From Cenococcum geophilum (taxonomy: Eukaryota), in assembly GCA_050273025.1 (NCBI GenBank), contig CP158636.1:7626001-7690000 (forward strand): 64,000 bases of DNA. Reading direction: 5' to 3'. The notes below the pieces were generated by a model. The model did not search any database. It saw only the letters and a list, made by a program, of their open reading frames with translations, and was not told the DNA's origin. This document shows, piece after piece, positions 41,663-51,148 of the stretch. The position numbers and the translations under genes are program-made. How positions within the stretch are numbered: position 1 is the stretch's first letter; the number at the start of each line of letters is the position of its first letter.

Positions 41663-44600
41663 ATAGCACAAAACAGCGTAATAAGTGCCTTTAGAGATAG
41701 TAACCGTAGCTTTTAAATAGGGTAGAGCTATAGGCTAATTAGCGCCGAGTTCTACCTTCCGCCTAGTAAGTTATAGTGGCCTAAACTTAACAATGCTAAT
41801 AATAAGCTCCCCCGCTAGAACGATCAGAAACACCTTTAAGCCCTTTTTTAATATCCCCTTCCTCCGCGACCCTAATTACGTCAATTAATAGTCGCTGCTT
41901 AATTAGATCTACGAAAAGCCATCTATACTAGCGTCTAGGGCGGCGCTTATTGGCCTTAATAGAGTGGGGTATAATTTAAACGGCCTAGAGCCTAGTTTTA
42001 ACTGCTAACTAGTATATAGGAAGTCACAGCTTACTATTAAATACACCTACTAAGTTAGAGATACGTCGCTAGATATATAGGTCTTCTAGGTATATAGAAG
42101 TAACGCCGCTTATTTTAAGCAAAGTTTTTAAAAAATTGTAGACTATGTTAAGATTCCTAGCTAAACAAATCTAAAGGTAAATATTTTTAAGCTTATCTAT
42201 AACTGGCTACGCGATAAAAGGAAGGGAAAGTGGGTGCTTATTCTTAACAACGTTAACAATACTAACTTTCTTCTTACGCCTTAAACCACGAGCTAGGAGG
42301 CGCAGGAAGGCGGCCTAAGTAGCGGTTCTGCATAACCATTCTTTTAGTATTTGCCTCTAAGCGCGACTAGGTCGATTCTTATTACGATATAAAGTAGAGA
42401 TATAGCGTTAAAACTAGTAGAAGAAAGCAATATAATTACTATAGAACTAATAGATAAAGAGTAAGCGCTAGCGCTTTGTGAAAAAAAGCTAGGAATATAG
42501 AGTAACTAGTTAGATATTACTAAACTAGCGGCAGTACTTAAGTTTATGCCACTTGCTATCGTCTAGGCGGCTGTATATATTAAGGAATAAGCACTAAAAT
42601 ATTCTGTATAGTAGTATATTAAGAAATTGCGTAAGGGGGATAAGGTAGAGATAAGTCTTTTAAACTATAATAGGGGGTATCTTTGTAGAGACCAAGAGGC
42701 TAAAAACTCTATTATTATAACCTAGTAAATATCGTTTAATTATATATTTTAGATAAGGCGATTAGTAGCTAACCTACTGTCGCTTATAAGCTTTTTTAAC
42801 CGGTAAGGAATTTTTAAAGTGCTGCTTTAGAATTAGGGTGGAACGAGAAATAGGTATAAAAGCTTAGGGGCAGATTGTAATAATAATAAAGAGAGTAATG
42901 GTGAAGATAGTGTATTAGACGCTAGCGTTAACAGCGGGTTTAAAGATAATATTCTTACACTAAGAAACTACTTATTTATCTCCCTTACTACTAATATAAC
43001 TACGTTTAAGATATATAGGCTAGTGCAGCTAGCTACTTAGAAGTAGCTAGAAGGCTAGGGGCAACTTAAAGGATAGAAGAAAAAGTATATTACGAATCTT
43101 TACAGGGAATTTCCTATTAGGTAGTATAAGAACTAGACTAAATACTAGGGGCTTTTCCTATATATAAAGTCGGCATTAGCGTAGTAGCCTAAAGGAGAGG
43201 AGTTACTTAAAGAGTAGGCTCTCTTATTATATAATATAGTATAGTATATATAGTAATAAGGAGGTACTTCTAACGCGGAGAAGATATTAGTAAAGTTAAT
43301 AAAAGTAAGAAAGAAGCTTCTTAGTAAGAAGTAAGAAAAGATATTAAGTAGTATAGCAATAGTAGGGTTAGTATATAATCTTAAGGGGCGATAAAAGAAG
43401 GCCAAAGAGCTATTTATATAAGTGATAGAGATAAGTACGAGGGTGTTTAGGGAGGAGTATCCTTCTATACTAAGCAGTATAAATAACCTAGCATCGATGT
43501 ACAAGTATTAAGGGCGGTAAAGGGAGTTAAAAGAACTAGATATATAAGTTATAGAGAAAAGAAAGAGGATACTTAGAGAGGAGTATCTTTTTACGCTAAC
43601 TAGTATGGCTAACTTAGCATTAATATATAGTAATAAAGGGTAGTAGGCAGAGGCGGAAGAGATAGAGGTATAAGTAATAGAGACAAGTTTAAGAATACTT
43701 AGAAAGAAGTATTTAAATACACTAACTAGTATGGTTAACCTAGTATTAATATATAGAAATTAAGTGCGGTAGAAGGAGGCGGAAGAGCTATAAGTAAAAG
43801 AACTAGAGATATATTTAAGGGTACTTAGGAAGAAGTATCTAGATATATTAAACAGCACGGCCAACCTAGCGTTATTATTTTAGGATTAAGGGCGGTGGAA
43901 AGAGGCGGAAGAATTAGATATATAAGTAATGGAAATAAGGAAGAGGGTGCTTAAGGAGGAGTATTTAGATATACTAACTAGTATAGTAAACCTGGCGTCA
44001 TTATATTAGGATTAAGGGCGATATAAAGAGGCGGAAGAGCTAGAGGTGTAAGTAATAGAGATATTTAAAAAGGTGCTTAATATAGAGCACTTAATAAATC
44101 TAAGCAACTTAGCTAACTTAGTATTAACGTATAGGGATTAGGGACGGTAGAAGGAGGCGGAAAAGCTAGAGGTTTAAGTAATAGAAATGTTTAAAAGAGT
44201 ACTAAGGACCAAGTATTTAGATATACTAACTATTATAGCTAACCTAGTAGTTATATATATAAATTAAGGGCGGTAGAAAGAGGTAGAAGAGCTTAGGGGG
44301 CAAATAATAAAGACGAGGAAGAGGGTACTTGGGGAGGAGCATTTAGATATACTAACTAGTAAGAATAATCTCTTAGCAACTTATAAATTTTAAGGGCGGT
44401 AAAAAGAGGTAGAAGAGCTAGATATATAAGTAATAGAGATATCTAAGAGGGTACTTAGAGAGGAGCATTTAGATATATTAGCTAATATAAAAAACCTAGC
44501 CTTAATATACTAGAATTAAGGGCGATAGAAGGAGACTAAAGGGCTTTTTATATAAGTAATTAAGTCGAACGTAATGGTACTTAGGTTAGAGTATTTAGAC

Positions 44601-44789
44601 ACATTAGAGAGTATAAATAATCTCGCACTTATATTTAAGGCCTAAGGCCGCAATAATAAGGCTATTTTATTAATGGAAAATTACTTCTAGCTGTGGAAAC
44701 AGGTCCTTGGTCCCCAGCATCTATATATAATATTATCGCTTACAGCTTTAAATAAGTGGCAGTCGGAGAACATAGAGATTAGAGTTTAA
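41663..44789 (+). pseudogene. NLR: N-terminal PP amyloid motif + NB-ARC + TPR (42-aa kinesin-light-chain-like) repeats, RIPed
   Basis: Reconstructed N-terminus MAQNSAISAFGDGNRGFQVGQS. P-loop ALIGLNRVG/KSQL is split by an intron. Also WVLILNNVN (Walker B), ILITI*SR and MPLAIV*AA, then ~11 TPR units of 126 bp at 43280-44750. Confidence 0.92.
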
Positions 44790-46383
44790 AGCGACTTTTT
44801 CTTAAGTATCACACTTATACGTGGCCTAGGCGTAACCTAAAAGAGATTATAAAGTATATAGAGCTGGCAATAAACCCAAGAATCTAGTCTTTCTTGTTTA
44901 AAGCGGCATATTAAAGATAGTGTATATACGGAATAGGTTAAGCTACGTAAGTATGCTTATAAGTAATACCTAACGGTAGTAAAAGTAATTCGGCACTAAT
45001 TATAGCCACTATAAGTAGGGAGGGTGGCCGACCCGCACCGGCCAGACCCTTATAACAGTTTGCCACTATAGTAGGTATTATAAGGATATATTATTAACTG
45101 GTTATTCTTTTAGAATTAAGGTTAAATATAAAGCCAAGCCTTATGGGGTATTGTTTAGTACCCCCTAGGCCACCAGCAGATTATTTTGCCGATTTGCCGT
45201 AGAAATCCTAACTTGGCACCGACCCTTACGGAGAGCCGCCAAGCGTTTATATCATTTCTCTCTTCAACTTCTTAGTTCCTAAAGCGTTCCCTCTTTACGC
45301 TCGAAACTTTTCTAAACGGTAGACTTAAAATGTTTATAAATCATTACCGCTTATTATACGGCTATTAGTCGTATTACACTCCTCTAAGTACATTAACCGT
45401 CGCGCTTTGTCGCCATAATAGATGCACTGCGATTAGCAATAATTAAAATAAAGCCTATAGGATACGGGTTAAATACGTTCCGTAAATCTACCTAGTCGCT
45501 TTCCTAGGAGCTTGCCGCTTCTAGTCCTACTATGGCACTAAATTAAGTAGATCGTGAAGGTAAGGTGGCTAGATTAGACGCAATGCTCTACTAATAGATA
45601 TAGTCCTTTAAGATCACGCCCTTAATTTTATATTAGCACTATAAATCCTTCCCGCCTCTTATCTACTACCATTTAATAGCGGTAGAAAGAACCTCTTTAG
45701 CAATATCTTTTAACTTAACCTAGCCATTAACACCGGGGATCTTAACGTACGACGGGTTATACCTCTCCTTCGTATAGTCCTTAATAATGAGCCTAATGGC
45801 GTTATCTAGGACTGGGTCTATAATGTTATTACAGAGTTAGCGCTTATAACTGTTGCCAGACTATTAATACCTCCCCTATTCGGCCCTCTACGTACTATAT
45901 CGTTTTAGTAAACGCCTTAGTTATTTAATACCGGGAGTTTTGCAAACATATCTGATTTAAGGAGAAATATAGATCCTATACTTAGGAGTAAAGTGGAGGA
46001 TAATCTTATAATTAATTATCCGGACGTTCTTAATACGTTTTTTAAAAAGATCTTATAACTTTATAAGGTTATAGCGGCGGTGTTAAAGAGCTATAAGGAC
46101 GTGGAACTGTTTTAAAAGGGCGTTGGTTAGGCGGAGTGGCCAAAAGGATACAAGAAAATGGCGGTACTATAATTCCTTCGCTGTCACATTAATTAATTTC
46201 TTTTACTTATAAATAAATATAGCTTCCGTCCCTTAAAGCGTCGCTATTATATTACTACTCTAAATAAGCCCATTCCTGGGTCGGTTAGTAAGTAAAAGCT
46301 AGATATTAGTCTAGCATATAACGCAAATAATAAGCTAAAAGAGGGAAATCGGTATAGCTATAATTGGTCCTATATACTTGTAC

Positions 46384-46637
46384 TGTGGGAGGGTACGACC
46401 TCTCTAAAATAGGAAAGTTATAGTGCCGTCTGTCTGTCTGTCGGTCGGTCAGTTAGTCAGTCGGTCGGTCGTAATTAGTTAGTAGAACAGTCAGTAAGAA
46501 AGAAAGAAAAGAGTGTATTTTTGGTAACTGGTAGGTTTGTGATATATATATAGGAGGAAAGAAGGAAGGAAGCCGAAGGCTGTATAAATACAGGAAAATG
46601 CCAAGATACTAAGCGTCGTCTAATCTACACCATCACA
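46384..46637. mobile_element. Solo LTR (254 bp) inserted in the FunK1 gene
   Basis: tgtg...caca termini, 4-bp TSD gtac (46380-46383 and 46638-46641) and an internal (gtcn)n tetranucleotide tract. Removing it restores ILVPSKLKSN. Confidence 0.85.
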
Positions 46638-47971
46638 GTACCTAGTAAGTTAAAGAGCAATTTATAGGAGGATAATTATAGCAGCACTTAGCTTAATATT
46701 GTAAGATATAGTTAAGATATATTTAGCGTATAAGATACGTAACGGTTCATTCTAGGCTTTACCCTATATGGTTCCATTATGCGTTTATAGGAATTTAATA
46801 GGCTTAGGGTGGTTAGGTCTACGCCATTTAACATTAATAAGGAGGGCAAGACGTTTATTATAGTGGTTTTAGAGTATTTATAGATAACGAAGGAAGAGCT
46901 AGGTTTTAATCCTACTATAATAGAGGGTAGCGGAAGCTATATACACATTTAACGGAATAGCTAGATAAAGCGGATCTAACTAAAGGAGCTTATAAGGCGA
47001 CAGCGCTCGGTTGCTAGTTAAGTAATAAGGTTTTAGAGGGGCTCTTTTTAGGACATAGCGGGCCGCGAACTTATAATTAAGGACTTATAAGAATACAAAG
47101 AACGGCCTAAAGAAGGCCTCTTACTTAAGGAGGTAACAGAAGCCGATATAAAGAATATAGCGCGGTATTATTACTATAAGACAGTACTTACTAATAACGA
47201 GGTGGATAATGTTTTAGCAAATATGCGAAGGGGACTAAGTAATACAGTTAGCTAAAATCTACTTTAATAGCGACGGGTAGTATATTCCGAAGTTATTATA
47301 AGTTTAAGAACGTCTAGTCCCTTTGGAGCCAAAAGAGATAGAAGTAGGAGCAGTAGTTAAACTATGCCGCGGAAGAGGTTATTAAGCAGTATTTAGGCAT
47401 TAATGCCCCCCCCCCCCCCCAAACGGTTATACTCGGACTTACTAGTTAAGCAGGATATACACTAATAAAGAAATCGTGTTTATTGTTGACTTATTATATA
47501 AGATTTTAGGAAAAGCGTTTACGAATTAAGTTCTCCACGCAGCATATTAGTGGGATTACTTAGCGGCATAAAAGGTAAGTGCCTGACGAAGCTTTCCAGG
47601 CTATAGCTAATTTCTTAGGGCACGAGTCGCTACTAGATGCGAGTATCCTCTACTAAGATATCTCTATTGGGAATATTATGCTAAATATAGCAGAGGACGA
47701 CGGATTTTTAATTAATCTTAACCTCGCTATTAAAACCGACCGTAAAAATGCATTTAGAGCTCCGAGCAAAACTAGGACTAAAGTATTTATAGCAATTGGC
47801 GCGCTTTATGGCGAAGACTATAGCTTTATACACGACCTAGAATCGTTCTTTAGGTGTTATTTTAGGCTTGTGTTTATTGCACTAGTCTAAGTAGGCACCG
47901 TCATGTATTAAAGTTTTAGCTGTGGAATTTTAAAAGCACTAAAACCCTTATAAAGATTAAGAAAGGCTCTA

Positions 47972-48053
47972 TCCCTTGCAACGTCAGGGTCCTTAAAGTA
48001 AGTGGTCCGTGCGGGAACACCACTTACTCTAAGGACCCTGACGTTGCAAGGGA
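47972..48053. mobile_element. 82-bp hairpin micro-MITE with TA flanks, inserted in the FunK1 gene
   Basis: tcccttgcaacgtcagggtccttaaagtaagtggt-(12 nt)-accacttactctaaggaccctgacgttgcaaggga: a 35-bp stem with one mismatch. Confidence 0.85.
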
Positions 48054-48870
48054 TAGATAAAGAGGATAAGTTTATAAAGGAAGTAGATAAGAACATCACG
48101 ACTTACTGCGCACTATTAATCCCTTACATAAAAGAGCTGCGGAAAGTAGTTTTCCTAAAGGGAAAGCGATGGCTAAGGGAGGATTAATAGCTCTATTCTC
48201 GTATAAAGTCTATTCTCCAGCAGGCAAGTAATAAGTTAGATACCCTAGAGTAACAGCATTTAATTAGCTTAAGTCGCTCGTTTTCCACCCTATTATTACA
48301 GTAAACTATTGGTTATACGGAACAGCTATACAATACGAATTCACTTCTTGCTTCCGAGTCATTACCTGCCGATTTTCGGTCGTGGCTAGCCATAGGCCCG
48401 TTTTAGTTCCCGCAGCGGGACCTGTTCCGGGTACCTGGTCTGAACTGCTCGTGATCTCATCTAGCTGTGGCTGGAGGCTGTGCTCGTAGCGTCTTGGCGT
48501 CCGCCGACCCGGTGGCAACAACCATCACAACTTCAGGTTTTTGGGAAATTCAACGCCTCTCGCACAAGGTCATGGCCGGTGCGGGTCGGCCATCCTCCCT
48601 ACTAGTGGTGGCAAAATGCCACCTTAGTCGACACTGCTGCGCCGACAGATTAACTCCGGAATACTACTTCCTAAAGTACCATTTAAGTACCTTTCGTTAT
48701 ACTAGTAACGATTTTCTAAACTACTATCCTAGAATATACGAGTAGAAAAGTATAGTCCTAATATCTACTATATACGCATCTTTCCCTATAATTAGATTCA
48801 TACTAGCCGACTAATCTAGCTATTATTAACTATGCAAGGTCAAGGAGCTAACGTCTACTTGCTCCGCCTC

Positions 48871-50075
48871 CTATCCAGCCAACGTCTTTAAGAAAGACAC
48901 GTAATGTAGACGGCTAGCACCTAGAATATGGCGGCGTAACCGCACATATTCGCTCATAAGTTTTATAGCTTCCGTATCACGACCCCGTCCTTTCCACGTA
49001 AAGGCTAGATCATTTACGCCGTTCAGCGTGTTGGGATAGTCCGGTCCGAGCTTCATCTTGCGGGTCTCTATTCCTTACACCTCCAGCTCTTCGGCATCGT
49101 TCCACCGGCCTTGGTTCCTGTACGTCGACGCCAGGTTGGCCATGCTGGTCAGCGTGGAGGGATGGTCCGAACCAAGCACGCGCCCCTTCGCTTCCAGCGC
49201 TCGTTGATGCATCACCTCTGCGTTACTATACTGGCCTTGCTAGTTCAATACTAGTCCAAGACTGCTGAGGTTGTTGAGCGTATCTGGGTGTTCCGCTCCG
49301 AAAATAGTCTCCCTAGCCTGGAAAGCGGCAGAACCCATCTCGTGCGCCTTGCTATACTATCCCATCTCGCTCGCATACCATGCCGCTTTAAAGAGCACTA
49401 ACGCCTATGCCTCTAGCGCTTTAGCGTCCTTCGGCCGGTTGTTCACCACAGCTTGAGCGTGCGGAAACAGCGCCAGGCACACTAGCCAGTTCTCAGGCCG
49501 CCCCACTAAGTAGCGTTCGTCCATGAGCGCTGCATACGTCGCCTGCCATAGCTTCAGCTCATTGTACAGCTCTAGCTATTTCTTTGTCAAGAACTGTACT
49601 GGCCGGTGAATCTCAAACTCGCGTCCGCCTGCGCTCATCTCGATTAGAGAAAAGCTGGTCAGCGTGTGGATGTCGTCGTCAAAGTCAGTCTTCCCATCCT
49701 CGTCTCCTCTATATTGATCGTGAAGAAGCGATTCGGGAATCCCCTGTCGGTCGAACAGGCTTACCAGCGACAGCAGCCAGGCGGCTGTCGGCGTGCTTGT
49801 CCGGATATGTTTAAACGAGATCTGCCAGGTCGCGATAATTGAGTTGGATGCCAGGCCGTCCCTGCGACTGTCTCCGACGTCCTTCTTCAGCAACCGCGCT
49901 CGGTCATGGTCACTCCTGCGGACTTCCTCTACATATCTCGACACACTTATGCGCGGCGCTCTGTTTAATGAAAGCTGCCGCCTGCGTAAGAGCGAGGGGC
50001 ATGGAGTCAAGGGCGTGTATTAGTTCCACAGCCTCGTCCTCGTTGGCGATAAAGCCGAGCTTCTTCCGGAGCAAC
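48871..50075 (-). pseudogene. 5'-truncated NB-ARC (C-terminal part)-TPR NLR pseudogene
   Basis: LLRKKLGF..LDSMPLALTQAAAFI, SIIATWQISF, FDRQGIPESLL and EIHRPVQ, then TPR units (HPSTLTSMANLASTYRNQGRW). Has frameshifts and TAG stops and lacks the P-loop. Confidence 0.88.
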
Positions 50076-50667
50076 GGACCGGAAATAGCGTCTCGTCTTT
50101 AGTCGCTCGTTTAAAGAGGCCCTTCAAGCATTCGATGCAGTAGCGGTCGTTGCAAGGAACTGTGACCACGGACGCAACGTGGTGATTCTCGTGGCACACG
50201 CCGCACTTGAACTGCATCGAAAGCTGCTTGAGGACATTTGCTTGACGCTCCGCAAAGGTCGTAGACGGACCCGCTTCGGTGTCCGTGGCGTCATCGTCGT
50301 CTGGAAAATCCAGGTAGGGGGCTGTATGGCGACTCTCAGAAACCGCCGACATCCAGTCGTCAATTGCGCTCGGGTGTGCACTGCGCAGGGATGCAGGCGG
50401 GTCTTCAAAGGTTGGATCATTCTCGCTGAGATCCAAAGCGACTTGTCGGTCCTGGTTGGCCTGGATCTCAGAAGCTGCGATTTCAGCGATGACAGGGCCA
50501 TCATTGTAGACCGCGGAATCGAAGTCTGGAGGAATGTCGGCCGCATACTTGCCCTTTTTATTGTCGGAGAAGGTAATAATCTCCTCGAGTTGCAGAGCAA
50601 GCGCAGTGATCTCGTCATCCAAGCGGTTTGGATGACATGGCTGAATGGCAATTGTGCAGGCGCTCAT
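50070..50667 (-). pseudogene. 3'-truncated RBR (RING-IBR-RING) E3 ligase-like gene fragment
   Basis: ORF 50020-50841 has EITALALQLEEI..KKGKY and a RING1-like CGVCHE..VPCNDRYCIECLKGLFKRATKDETLFPVRC, then breaks into out-of-frame NLR sequence. No IBR domain. Confidence 0.75.
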
Positions 50668-51148
50668 TTCAGACTCTGCGAAACGTGTGAAAGTAGGACT
50701 GGAAAATGAATCACAATCACAGTTGATAACCCTAATCGTGAACGAATATACAATGACGATAAAAGGCAGATGGCAGAATGGAAGAACGGGAAGATACCTC
50801 TGAAATACCTCAAACCCCTCACATCCCGGGGCGGGGTGCATTATGGTACGCTACCCCTTGCTCCGGCGATCATAAGAGGCTGGTTGCAGATCCCTGACCA
50901 CCCAAATCCGCACTTCACAGAACTCCGAATTCACATTACAATGGCGCACACATTCTGAGGAAAAGATAGACGGATCGGATCGAAAACGCTAGCTAGTAGG
51001 TGAGAAAACGTGAAGAAAGGATAGTATGACTTAGTCGCGTCAGATCGCTGTTCATGCGATTGTTGCAAAAAAAACTTACTTCTGGATACACCTATCGCGC
51101 CGTGTGTGTAGGCATTTGAATGGAATTAGAGCCCTCTAAAAGATCTTC

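Larger units (their letters stand above)
45330..48253 (+). pseudogene. Fungal-type protein kinase (FunK1 / Pkinase_fungal), RIPed
   Basis: Motifs KLDI, WSYILVPSKLKSN, RFILGFTLYGSIMRL*EFNRL, LGFNPT, IKDL*EYKERPKEG, HESLLDASILY*DISIGNIML, GFLINLNLA and TRTKVFIAIGAL..IHDLESFF. Start is approximate. Confidence 0.92.
45016..48601. mobile_element. Cassette 2: segment bounded by the same inverted ~40-bp termini, enclosing a FunK1 kinase gene
   Basis: Left tagggagggtggccgacccgcaccggccagaccctt; right aaggtcatggccggtgcgggtcggccatcctcccta. The two are an inverted match at 28 of 29 terminal bases. Confidence 0.78.
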
